From the NCBI GenBank assembly GCA_964016885.1, contig OZ024743.1, positions 165,726,001 through 165,790,000 on the forward strand: a DNA stretch of 64,000 nt, in the 5' to 3' direction. This DNA is from Eledone cirrhosa (taxonomy: Eukaryota). The notes beneath the pieces are model-generated. The model was not told the origin of the DNA, ran no database searches, and worked only from the letters and a program-made list of their open reading frames with translations. Position 1 is the first letter of the stretch. Each line of letters opens with the position of its first letter. Of this stretch, positions 12,332 to 25,329 are shown in pieces. Both the position numbers and the translations under genes were made by a program.

Positions 12332-13968
12332 CTTAACCGCCAAGGGGTAATCAATTCGAGTTACCACTCCTAGGACGAGTGTCAACCAAGACTGGAGGGG
12401 TCGTCCTCTCCTTGAGACACGGCTATTCCTCGCCGGCCGCCATCCCGGTATTTCTTGGTCATGGTTTTTTTTTGGTTTTTTAAATTGTTATTATTATGAG
12501 TGATCCCTTATTGTGAGCCCTGTGTGGCTAATAAAGAAATTATTACTTAAATATACTTGTGGCCTTTGTTGAAGTTGCCTTTGTTGTTGTTGTTGGCTAT
12601 GCCGGCAGTGCTGGGGCTTTTTCCGGAGGGAGGAGGGGGAGTTCTATTGTTGGTGGGAGTCTTCAGTGCCATTGTAGTTGTAAATGTTGAGATGTTCAAT
12701 ATTTTCTTTTGACCGGGTCACTAAGTCATTCTATTTATATCTTTTGGTAGCTTCTCCCTATCTAATCTTGGTTAATGTTAGTGCTACCTTCCCTCTCCTT
12801 CTCAGAAAATTGTTATGTCAACTTTTAAGTTAACAGAAGGTAGTGGGGGAATAGTGGTGGTAGCAATGATGGAGTGGTGGCGGTAGTGATGGGGTAGTGG
12901 TACAGTAGTGATGGCGTTGTTGTTGGTGTTGGTTTGTCTCTTGTTAAATTTTGTAGCCACTACAACGTATTGTGTTTGTTTGATATTTGTGTAAGCAGTA
13001 GCTATGTAGTAGCTATGTTTAATATACATGTTGACATATTTCCTTAATATTTGAACTAAAAACTTTGAGAAAACTTGAGAATCAATAATAATAATTATTA
13101 TTATTAATAGCAGAAAAACCACCCTTCTGGTGGTTTTTCTGCTAGCATGTGTACTGTGCATATTGATATTATACGCAAATATATATACATATAGATATGA
13201 TACATTAAACGAAATCGTAATTGACAATATACACAGAAATTGAACGAAGTCTGCATTACTCTCTCTTCTGTAATCCATGATACATTAAAAAAGACGATAT
13301 TATATATAAACTGCATTAGGAAAAAAATTAGTGACGGAAATATGTGATGTTTTTATAAGCTATCGCTAACCGGAAGTGTTGGTATTTGAAAATTTTGAAG
13401 AAGTGAATCTTAAAATAAGTAATAAAATTATTTATATTTAATCAAGAATTACGAAATTTAGTAGATAAATTATGTAATATTCATTCATTATTTATTCAAA
13501 GTAATCCAACTTATTTTACAAATGGATAAAAAAATGTATTCTGGGTGCAGTCCCGCACTCCTTTCTTTATTAGAGTTAAGATGCTGGGATTGGTGGTGGT
13601 GATGGTGGTGAAATTGCCGTTATTTGGCTGTTGTATTTAGTGTACACAGAGGGGTTTTCTGCCATTTGAAACCATTTCCTTTTTTTAATGTAAAATTTAT
13701 AATACAAAATTAAATATTTGAGCCATGTGCCAGGGTGTTATGGGTCTCACTTCCTGAGAGATAAGGCTGATGCCTTATTTCCTATTTGTAATGAGAATTA
13801 TTCTATCACAATTGTTTTAAATATGTAAAAAATCAAAAACTTAAGGGAGCGATTCCATAACATTCTATCCACCACGTGCGTCTTTTTCTCTTATTTGTTG
13901 TTGTTGTTAGTGGTCTTGTTAGTTTTTTCTTCTCAGTTATTATTATTATTATTATTATTATTGTTGTT

Positions 13969-16900
13969 CTTTGAGTCTGTCATTGATGTTATTTAACTGG
14001 AAAGTTTGTTGAAATGAATATCAAGCCACTACCTGCTGCCTCAGATATTCAGGGCGTATCGGAGGGTTCTTTCTGTTCCCAGCAAACATGCCTTTTGAAG
14101 TGTTCCAAAAGGCGAGGCTGGACTAATTTTCTTTAACCATCCTTGGAAACTCTTTGAGATAGTACCTAGTTCGCCTATGACAATCGGGATCACTTTGAAT
14201 TCATGGCAGTTCCAAATCCTTTTTACCTCCCACTTTAAGTCCTGGTATCGGTTAATTTTCTCCCTCTCCTTCTCTTGCACTCTCGTGTCGAATTGGCAGG
14301 CCACATCTACAATCAGGCACGCTCTTTTTTCCTTCTCCAAAACAACCAGGTCAGGTCTATTGTGTTCCAGTATGTATCCTAAAATCCCACAGCACCTTCA
14401 CCTCATCGTTTTCTATCACCGACTCTGGCTTATGCTCATACCACTTCTCAGAATGTGGTAAATTGTTTACTTTGCATAGGTGCCAGTGGATCACCCTGCC
14501 CATCACAGATCCTACACAGTGGGCTAGCCTCCTCCTTGTAAATATGGTGTTTCAGCCACTTCGTTTTAAGGGCCTGCTCTTGCGCAGCCATTAGCATTCC
14601 TTCTGTAGCCTTTTTAAGGTCTCCTCTTTTCAACCAGTTCCATGTCTGTGGATCTCTAAATTCAGTTTTCTCAAAGAAGGTACTATGAAGGGATTTTTCA
14701 TGAAGATTGCTCTTCCTCCTTGTTGTTATTTCCTCCTTGGACATCCCTGGTCTATTGTTCTCTCCTTCAGTACAATTCTGAGCATTGGCTCCCTACTGTC
14801 AGTCATGTATTTGTGTAGGTTGTTTTTCTCCATCTGAACAAGGTCCTCTATGCTGATAAGACCTCTTTCACCTTCAGATCTCCTTAAGTAGAGTCTATCG
14901 ACATCACTCCTCTTGTGGAACATGTTGTAGATAGTCAATAGCTTCCTAGTCTTCCTATCCATTTCGTTTTGTTCAGCAACATTCCATCTCAGAATTCCCG
15001 CACTGTACCTAATAATAGACACAGCTCGGGAATTTACTGCACTTATGGCATTCCTACTGTTCAGATGTGATTTTAATACGATCCTTACTCTCCGAATGTA
15101 CTCAGATATTATCAATTCCTTCATTTTTTTGTTCTTGATGTCATCTGCCTCCAGAACACCTAAATACTTGTATGCTTCTTCAGTGTCAATTTCCTTTATC
15201 ATCTCAACTGTTGGTACCTGGATTCCGTTGCTTCTGCTCAATTTACCCCTCTTCATCACATATATCATTGCTGAAAATACGGACAGTGTCAACAAGGACA
15301 TCTAACTCCTTCTCACTCTTCCCGAAGAGCTTAAGATCGTCCATGAAGAGGAGGTGATTGATGGTAAGCTCTCCTTTTCCCAAATTGTATGCTGCTCTCA
15401 CTTTTCGTAGGGGGATCAGGGAGAGGACAAACTATCTCCCTGGAAGATACCTCTCTTGATCTTCACGCCTCTCAAGGATTCTCCGCACGATGTTAACTCT
15501 GTTTTCCAGGACTTCATACATTTGCTCAACAATTGTCTGATGTTATCTGCCACCTTGAAGATCTCTAGGCTTTTGGTTATCCAAGAATGAGGTACCATGT
15601 CGAATGCCTTTTTGAAGTCTATCCATCCCATGGCAAGACCAGTGTGTCTCCTCTTGCAATTCCTCATTACCATCTTATCAATAAGTAACTGGTCCTTTGT
15701 ACCACGGGACTTCTTTCGGCATCCTTTCTGTTCGTCCGGTAACAAGTTGTTTATGTGGAGGTGATGGTAGATTTCCTCAGACACAATGCTTGTTAACAGT
15801 TTCCACATTACGGACAGACATGTGATAGGTCTATAGTTGGTAACATCATTACCCTTGATTCGGTCTTTCATTACCAGAACTGTGGTACCTTTTGTCAACC
15901 ACTCTGGTACCTCACCTGACATCAAGCAGTCATTGAACATGGTTGTCAGTTTCGGGTGGAGGGATGTTATATTTTTAATCCAATACCCCTGCACACCATC
16001 TGGGCCTGGTGATTTCCAGTTGGTTAGTTTTCTGGCCTGCCCCTTAAGAGTTTCAACTGTGATACTCAAATCAGTTTGTTGGTGTACCTGTTCACTAATC
16101 TCCTTTTGTACTGTCTCAATCCACACTGCCTGATCGTTATGTTTAACATCCTGATCCCATATTCCTCTCCAGAATGTCTTAGTTTGTTCCGCCTCAGGGA
16201 TCAAGTCGTTGCCTCTTTCTTTCCCTTCAAGCTGTCCAAACAACATCTTCTGGTTGTTGTCAAACATGCGGTTCTGTCTATACTGATTGACTCTGCTCTC
16301 GTATCGCCTAATCTTTGCGCTCTTTGCTACAATGCGTTGCTTCAGTTCCTCTATGATAATATTTAGCTTTTTCCTCCTAGTTTTGTACTTTATTTCCAGT
16401 CTATTTTTAGTGTCTATGTTTTGTAGTGTCAGTAGGGACTCAAGCTTTCCAATGTCATTTCTCATTTCCCTGATTTGACCATTAACTCGTTTCTTCCACC
16501 AATGTTCTGATCTTTCTTGTTTGTTGTTTCCTCTCGCTTTTATGCCAAGTAATTTCCTCACTGCATTTTCTGTTGCTTTGAGGATATTGTTGCACTGGTG
16601 AAGGTTCCTCGCCTCAAGGTATGGATGACTTTGTTTACCTTAGCTGTTGTTTCTTTTAACTTTTTCCTGTCTACAAATCTTAGGTTCATAGGTTTCCCAC
16701 TATCATTGTTCATTTCATCTACCACTAAGTTTAGGATATCAACCAAATCTTGTCCTAGCCCGTCAGCATTCATCTCCTCAATGGCCGAATCTTTGTTCCA
16801 GGTATTATTTATTTCAGCATTGTTGATGGTGGATTGGAAGTATCGGTAGAGGGTCGGACGTCATGCTTTGACACATAGAGTTACGGCTCTTTACATTCTG

Positions 16901-18401
16901 AGTTCAAATCCCGCCGAGGTCAACTTTGCCTTTCATCCTTACGGGGGGTCGATAAAATAAAGTACCAGTAATGTACTGGGTAATTGCTGGCCTTGTGCCA
17001 AAAGTAGAAACAATTATTTATTTCAGCATTCAGATCATTGTCTGCTTCGGATGCTTCCTCCGTTCTCTCAACCTCTTCACCTTCATCTCCCACTGGCTCG
17101 TTTGCCTGGCATACTCCACTCTCCATTTCCAATCTAATCTCTCTGCTGAGTTCCTCCAGTTCCAGCTCGCTTATCCACCCATTAGTTCTTATTACCCGAG
17201 CCTGTCCGGCCAATTTTTGTTCATCTAATTTAAATAGACCAATCTCGTCCAGATGCTATGCATCCGTTTCCTATAGCCTTTTTCCTTGGGGTTACTTTTC
17301 AGGTAACATTGCATAACAGTTCTATTCAATTCTTTCGTCCAGTTGGTTCTGGTCCCTTTCCTTCTTCTTCTTCCTCCAACACCAGTAGTATTTGGATGAC
17401 AGCCAGGTCCCTGCTGCTGGGCCAGGGAGCACCTGCTGGGTGAGAGTCTGTCACATGACATTCCAGTCTCCACTTTACCGTTATTCGAACTGTTTAGGTT
17501 CGACATTTAAACACTCATATCGTGGATTGATGAATGTATGGTTACATAACCACCGGTGATTTCATCACCCCCAGTGATTTTAGTGTGGCACTATCACGCT
17601 GTAGACGAACATAAATAAACAAACAAATAAATAGGTAAAAACTTTTTTTAAAAAGCATAAGTTTCATTGTAATGTAATGTTTGAATGTCTGACTTAGTTT
17701 TTTTGTTTGTTGTTTATTTGTTTGTTTTTATTTTCTTTACGTTTTTCGTTGCTGCTGTGCTGTTTTGATTTTGATTTTTTATTTTTTTAATTTTTGACCG
17801 GGTCATCAAATCAGCCTACTTATATCTTTTGATACCTTCATTACTTAGTTGGAATACTACTATCCCTCTGTCTTGGCAGGAGGTAGTGGGAGAGATTAGC
17901 GGCGGTAGCGATAACGAGGCAGTGGTGGTGGTGGCGATGTGATAGTAATAATTAGCAGGAGGTAGGGGGAGAGAATAGCGGCGGTAGCGATAATGAGGTA
18001 GTGGTGGTGGTGGTGGTGGTGATGTGATAGTAGTACTGTAGTGATGGTGTTGAAGTTGAAGTAGAAACAGAAGTTGAAGTAACAGTTGGCTTGGCTAGAA
18101 TTTTTTTTGTGGTAGTGGTGATGGTGGCGGCGGCGGTGGTGGTGTTGGTGGTGAAATTATTTGCCTGTCTGTCCACGTAGCGATTTTCCTCTTTTTTGAC
18201 TATAACATTTCTGATCCAAAATTAAATATTAAATATTGGGGCCCTATGCCATAATGTGATACGTTGTCGCTCGCTGAGAGTAAAACACTGTAATCTTATG
18301 TTTCATTTGTAATAAGAATTATTCTATCACAGTTGTTTTAAATATGTAAAAATCAAAAATTTACGGAAGCGATTCCATAACATTATATCCACCATGTGCG
18401 T
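13969..18401 (-). mobile_element. Dong/R4 family B copy B1, near full length, decayed
   Basis: ORF pieces from 17506 to 14041: WKSPGPDG, NYRPITCL, KAFD, GIFQGDSLS, FMDD, CRIC and an REL-type C-terminus. The 3' end abuts (TTA)n at 13937-13962. Confidence 0.9.
16822..17012 (+). mobile_element. tRNA-derived SINE with 18-bp TSD inside Dong-B1
   Basis: attatttatttcagcatt at 16804-16821 and 17013-17030; box B GAGTTCAAATCC. Confidence 0.92.
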
Positions 18402-18479
18402 CCACTTCCCTTGGGTAATTGCTGGCCTTGTGCCTAACGTAGAAACAATTACTTCCGCCACCTCGTGCGTCTTCTTCCC

Positions 18480-18544
<65 letters not shown>

Positions 18545-18545
<1 letters not shown>

Positions 18546-21500
18546 AGTTGCATTTATCTTGCTTTATGTTCATACAAGTTATCACCAAGTCACAACCAGT
18601 GACCTCAAGAGACAACAAGGTCCGCCATGTTCAAGAAAGAACATACATATTCACACATACATCTTTAGTGTTTAGACTTGTGATGTACTTATATTGACAG
18701 AATCTTCCTTAGTATATGGGCAGTTCCCATTAGTACTATCTTTTGTATTTCTCCTATACGCGGGTTTCCTGGGATTTGCGATAAGTAATCATTAGACCCC
18801 TTAGGTATCATTCCCAGAGCGCCTACAACCACTGGTATTGTTTTAGTTCTCAATTTCCACATTTTTCCAATTTCTATCTCCAGGTCCTTATACTTGCTCA
18901 ATTTTTCAAATGTTTTTATAGATACATTCTTGTCTATTGGAACAGACATATCAATTAGCAGGCATACCCTCTTTTGAAAGTCTTTCAATATTATATCAGG
19001 TCTGTTTGCATCTATTTTTCGGTCTGTTTGGATGCTAAAGTTCCACAAGATTGAGATGTGATCTTTTTCAAGTATGGGAGGTGGTTGATGCTCCCACCAA
19101 TTCTTTTGATGGGGCAGGTCAAAATGCTTACACATTATCCAATGTATGTATTGTGCAGCTCTGTCATGCCTGTTTAGGTATTCGGTAGGAGCTATAGGAC
19201 TGCACATTGAAATTATATGGTCAATGGTCTCTGGTTGTTTTTTGCATACACGGCATAATGGGCTGCATCCATTTTTTATTATGTTGGCTTGGTAATTTTT
19301 TGTTGGCAGACACTGATCTTGTGCTGATATAATCAGTCCTTCAGTCTCCGATTTCAGTCCAGAGGATGCCAACCACTGATGGGCTAAAGTTTTGTCAACA
19401 TCAGGATTGTTAGCTCGCTCTGGGTATTTTCCATACAGAGGCTTTTCTTGCCATTTCTTAGCCAGTTTCTGTAGCAGTTCTTTCTTTGCAGTTACTTTTA
19501 CCTGCTTTGCTTTTTCTGTGTTTTCCATTTCAGCAGTAAATGGTACTTCTGAAATTTGTAGTCCATTACTGTATCTTTGTGCATCTTTTGTAATTGAATA
19601 TGATCTTTTGATGCTTTCGTGTTTCAAAACGAGTTTGATCATCCAATCATGTGATTCCCATAAATATGTAGATAATCCAATTGTTGCAGTTTTCAACGCA
19701 ATGTCTAACTGGATTAACCCACGTCCTCCTTCTTTCCTAGGGAGATATATTCTATCTGTATCTGCCTTAGGCTGATGCATTCTGTGCATGGTTAAGAATT
19801 TTCGAATTTTTGTATCAAGCCTACGGATCTCTATGCTTGACCAGTTGATGAAATTGTAACTGTAGGTTACTACTGGTATGGCAAGCGTGTTTATGGCATC
19901 GATCCTATTCCTTGCATTCAATTCCGTTCTTAAGATTGCTCTTACTCTGCGGTAACATTCCTTCCTTATCCTTTCCCTCATTGTCGAGTGCTTGATTCCG
20001 TCCCCTTCACAAACACCTAGATATTTGTAAGTTTTTTCTTGATCAAGTTCTCTTATCACGTTCCCCCGATCAAGATTTATGTCTGAACTCTTCAGCAGCT
20101 TTCCTCTGGTGAACGTTGCTTTGGCGCATTTATCTAGTCCAAACTCCATTTTAATGTCATCACTGAACTGCTTCACAGTGAATAATAGCCCTTGCAATTG
20201 TTCATCATTTTTTGCAAATAGTTTCAGGTCATCCATGTAGAACAGGTGATTAATGGTTTTGTCATAAACTTTATATCCATGTTTTGTTTCATTGAGCATT
20301 TTACTTAATGGTATAAGTGCGATGCAGAATAAAAGCGGTGATAAAGAGTCACCCTGAAAAATTCCACAATTGATATTAACCTCTCCAGCTTCCAGTGATT
20401 TTGTTTCACTATTCAAAAGGAGTGTCGTTTTCCATGTCTTCATACTGAATGACAAAAACCTCCTGACAACGGGGGATATTTTGAAAATCTCTAAACATTT
20501 TTCAATCCAACTGTGTGGCAAGCTATCGAATGCTTTTTTATAATCTATCCAAGCAATCGATAGATTTTTGTGTCTATTATGACAATCTTCCAGTATCATT
20601 TTGTTAACCAGAAGCTGATCCTTACAGCCATATGAGCCTCGTTTACACCCTTTCTGCTCAATGGGAAATAGGTCATTTGTTATCAGGTGGTCATATGTGT
20701 ATTCAGTTAGGACTGATGTTAAAATTTTATACATTGTGGTCAAGCAAGTTATCGGTCTGTAATTTTTGGGATTGTTTGTCTCATCATTCTTCGGAAGCAG
20801 GAATGTAATGCCGTTAACTAGCCATGATGGTATCTTTTCTGGCTCCTTAACTATTTCATTGTAAAGTTGGGCTAACAGCTCATGAGACTCTGTGAAGGCA
20901 TTTATCCAAAAGTTTTGTATTTTGTCTTTTCCTGGGGATTTCCATTTGCTGGTTTTTCTTAGAGCCAAGAGCAACTGTTCAACTGTTATATTTTCCCATG
21001 TTTGTTCCTCAACGTGAGCTGTATCTTTCATTTGTCTGTCTATCCATGGGGCATGTATGTTATGAACTTTTTCTTCGGCCCAGATCTTTTCCCAGAATTC
21101 TTGCACTTCCTCCTTGGGTGGTATTGATTTAGCAGTTATTGTTGACTTACCAATTTTTCTGTAGAAGTTTCTTTGGTTGTTTTTGAACATATTATTGTCC
21201 TTATAGAATCTAGATCGTTTTTCAAAGCTCCTTATACGAGCAGCTTTGGCCGACACTTTTTGCTTGATTATTTCTATCAGCATGTCTATGTCACATGTTG
21301 ATTTTATACTGTACTTTTTTTTCAATTTTCTAAGTTTAGTTTGTTTAACATGTTCACCTACTTTATAGTTTGTTAAAATTTCTATGTCAGATCGGAGAAG
21401 GTTTATTTGGCGATTGATGTTCTCTTGCCAAGTAGATTTCTTGTGGTAATTCCTTTGTTTTTTCATCTTCACTCCACATAAGTGAGTGGTGACTTTAGCC

Positions 21501-23725
21501 GATGCATAATAGAGATGATTTAAATCAGTAATGTTTAGTTTGTTTGTGATGATAATGTTTTTGAGAATTATGTTAGTCTTGTGTATTATCTTTTGGTTCT
21601 GTTTGGAGTTCTGGATCTTAGGGAGGGTGTCTCGTTGCCCCATGTCAGATTCTTTCATTTTCATCCATTCGATCATAATTTCATCCTTCAAGTTGGCAAG
21701 TTCATTCTCATTCATTTCTTTATCATTTACGATCTCATTATTTTCATTTAGAGTTTCATCTTGAGCATGCACTCCCTCCACTTTTTCGATCCTTTTTTTA
21801 ATTTGTTCTGTTGCCAGTGATTCCTCCCCAACCCTGGGATTCGAAGTGTTACAATTTACCTCGTTTTCACTGACACATGTTTCATTTTCCCTTCGCTGAC
21901 TTTGTGCTAATAGCTTGATCTGATCAATTTCTATATCAGTTAGTAACTTTTTTTTTACAATATTTCTTCGTATATTGGCTAGTTTTTTACTGTCAATATA
22001 GCCTCTGTTTTCAGGATGTTTCTTTTTCCAGTTGATATATGTCTGTTCTGTATTCGATGTATTTGATGGGTACTACATGGCAGTGTAGAAAGCCTCAAGG
22101 ACTTCTTTATTATCATCCCTTGACCATTTTTCTCTCTTTTTCTTTGGATTTCTTGGTGGTGAGCATGGAGGGCCAACAGTAGGAGTATTCCGGTTATGGG
22201 AGGTCTCCAGCTCCGAAGTGATGGGAAGGTTTGAACCATTAGCTGATTTTTCGACCCCAGTCTGGTTCCTCTCTGAGGGACGCGGCCCTTTTTTACCCGG
22301 GTGACGGCCGATCCGGTATGAGATTTTATCATTAGACATTTACTTTATTTTGTCGCGTTTTATCCTTATCCGCCAAGGGGAAATCCTTTCGTGTTACCAC
22401 TTCTAGAACGAGTGTCAACCAAGACTAGAGGGGTCGTTCTCCCCTAGAGACACGGCTATTCCCCGCCGGCCGCCATCCCGGTATTTCTTGGTCACGGGGT
22501 TTTCTTTTTGTTGTTTTTTTAAATTGTTATTATCATGAGTGGTTCCTTAATGTGAGCATTGCGTGGCTTAAGAATGAAATTATTAATAATTGTCTCCACT
22601 CCAGGCACAAGGCCAGCAATCACCCAGTGCATTACAATAATATAATATACTTTTTGTTGTAGTTGGCTTTTATTGTTGTTGGCTATGTCGGTGGTGGTGC
22701 CGGGGCTTTTTATATTGTTGGTGAGGAAGGGGTGAGCCAGCAGTCCCATAGTTGTTGATGTTGACGTTTGGCCGGTGGCCAGGTCACTAAGTCAATCTAT
22801 TTATATCTTTTGCTAGCCTCTCCCTTGTCTAGTGATACCGCCACCTTCCCCTTTCTCTCTCAAGTTAACAGGGGAATAGTGGTGGTAGCATTGAAGGAGT
22901 GGTAGCGGCGACGATGGGATAGTGGTAGCAATGATGGATGGGGTGGGGTGGTGGCAGCGGTGGCGTTGTGGTTACTGATATGTAGTATCTATGAGTTTGT
23001 GTTCGTATGTTTAATATATATTTTTATTATATTTTGTGTTGACATATTCCCGTAAAATTGGAATTAAACATTTTTTTTTAAATTTGAGACAATAATAATA
23101 GTAATTCTATAATAGTAATTCTATAATGTGGTGGCAGCAGCCAGCGGCGAGCTGTGGGAGACAGTAGCGACGGTATCGATACTGAGACAGTGGTGGTGGT
23201 GATGTCGATACCGAGGCAGTGGTGGTGGTGATGTGATCGTATTACTGTAGTGATGGTGTTGTAGCGGTGGTAGCAATGAAGGAGTGGTGGCGGCGGTGAT
23301 GGGATAGTGGTGGTAATGATGGCAGTAGTGAGTGGTGGTGGTGAAATTGCCGTTATCTGGCTGTTGTGTTTAGTGTACACAGAGAGGTGATGGGGTAGGT
23401 GGTGTATCTAGTTTCTGGTGTTGGTGAGATTGGTGTTGTTTGGCTGTTCTATATAGCGTAGACAGCGGAGGGGGGGGGGGTTATTCTTCCATTTATAGCC
23501 ATTTTCTTTTTTGAATATACAATGTACAATACAAAGTTGAATATTTGAATATTTGAGCCTTATAACCATATATTTTGGGTCCGAATTTTTGGGGGCTGAA
23601 GCCGGATGCTTTACGTAGAATTTGTACTAAAAGTTGTTATTTCACAAATGATTTAAATATGTTAAAAATTCAAAACTTACGGGAGCAATTTCATGACCTT
23701 CCGCCACCTCGTGCGTCTTCTTCCC

Positions 23726-23726
<1 letters not shown>
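18545..23726 (-). mobile_element. Dong/R4 family A copy A2, full length
   Basis: Bounded by (TTA)n at 18485-18544 and 23727-23756. Has a long ORF, a ~1.4-kb 5' UTR and a ~145-bp 3' UTR. Confidence 0.93.
18689..22339 (-). CDS. R4/Dong polyprotein: RT, CCHC Zn knuckle and restriction-like endonuclease; one in-frame TAG at 22073-22075
   Basis: NYRPITCL, KAFDS, GIFQGDSLSP, YMDD, CRVC..H..C, RHD, RPD..D..K..KY. ORFs 22073..22339 and 18689..21781 are in the same frame and the gap between them translates without further stops. Confidence 0.92.
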
Positions 23727-23756
<30 letters not shown>

Positions 23757-23757
<1 letters not shown>

Positions 23758-25313
23758 AGTTGCATTTATCTTGCTTTATGTTATTACAAGTTATCACCAA
23801 GTCACAACCAGTGACCTAAAGAGACTACAAGGTCCGCCATGTTCAAGAAAGAACATACATACTCACACATGCATCTTTAGTGTTTAGACTTGTGATGTAC
23901 TTATATTGACAGAATCTTCCTTAGTATATGGGCAGTTCCCATTAGTACTATCTTTTGTATTTCTCCTATACGCGGGTTTCCTGGGATTTGCGATAAGTAA
24001 TCATTAGACCCCTTAGGTATCATTCCTAGAGCGCCTACAACCACTGGTATTGTTTTAGTTCTCAATTTCCACATTTTTCCAATTTCTATCTCCAGGTCCT
24101 TATACTTGCTCAATTTTTCAAATGTTTTTATAGATACATTCTTGTCTATTGGAACAGACATATCAATTAGCAGGCATACCCTTTTTTTAAAGTCCTTCAA
24201 TATTATATCAGGTCTATTTGCATCTATTTTTCGATCTGTTTGGATGCTAAAGTTCCACAAGATTGAGATGTGATCTTTTTCAAGTATGGGAGGTGGTTGA
24301 TGCTCCCACCAATTCTTTTGATGGGGCAGGTCAAAATGCTTACACATTATCCAATGTATGTATTGTGCAGCTCTGTCATGCCTGTTTAGGTATTCGGTTG
24401 GAGCTATAGGACTGCACATTGAAATTATATGGTCAATGGTCTCTGGTTGTTTTTTGCATACACGGCATAATGGGCTGCATCCATTTTTTATTATGTTGGC
24501 TTGGTAATTTTTTGTTGGCAGACACTGATCTTGTGCTGATATAATCAGTCCTTCAGTCTCCGATTTCAGTCCAGAGGATGCCAACCACTGATGGGTTAAA
24601 GTTTTGTCAACATCAGGATTGTTAGCTCGCTCTGGGTATTTTCCATACAGAGGCTTTTCTTGCCATTTCTTAGCCAGTTTCTGTAGCAGTTCTTTCTTTG
24701 CAGTTACTTTTACCTGCTTTGCTTTTTCTGTGTTTTCCATTTCAGCAGTAAATGGGACTTCTGAAATTTGTAGTCCATTACTGTATCTTTGTGCATCTTT
24801 TGTAATGGAATATGATCTTTTGATGCTTTCGTGTTTCAAAACGAGTTTGATCATCCAATCATGTGATTCCCTTAGATATGTAGATAATCCAATTGTTGCA
24901 ATTTTCAACGCAATGTCTAACTGGATTAACCCACGTCCTCCTTCTTTCCTAGGGAGATATATTCTATCTGTATCTGCCTTAGGGTGATGCATTCTGTGCA
25001 TGGTTAAGAATTTTCGAATTTTTGTATCAAGCCTACGGATCTCTGTGCTTGACCAGTTGATGAAATTGTAACTGTAGGTTACTACTGGTATGGCAAGCGT
25101 GTTTATGGCATCGATCCTATTCCTTGCATTCAATTCCGTTCTTAAGATTGCTCTTACTCTGCGGTAACATTCCTTCCTTATCCTTTCCCTCATTGTCGAG
25201 TGCTTGATTCCGTCTCCTTTACAAACACCTAGATATTTGTAAGTTTTGTCTTGATCAAGTTCTCTTATCACGTTCCCACGATCAAGATTAATGTCTGAAC
25301 TCTTCAGCAGCTT
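23757..25313 (-). mobile_element. Dong-A copy A3, 5'-truncated
   Basis: Near-identical to the 3' 1.55 kb of A2, with (TTA)n on both sides. Confidence 0.95.
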
Positions 25314-25329
25314 ATTATTATTATTATTA

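Larger units (their letters stand above)
3673..13892 (-). mobile_element. Dong/R4 family A copy A1, degenerate, with long 5' UTR; interrupted by gypsy, PLE and SINE insertions
   Basis: Fragmented ORFs 8928..12006 are colinear with 18689..22339. The upstream region is homologous to 22340-23726. Confidence 0.85.

Noticed and set aside
19392-19775. Recurrent antisense ORFs in Dong and Tx1 copies
   Set aside because: Shadows of the sense ORF, repeated only because the copies are near-identical.
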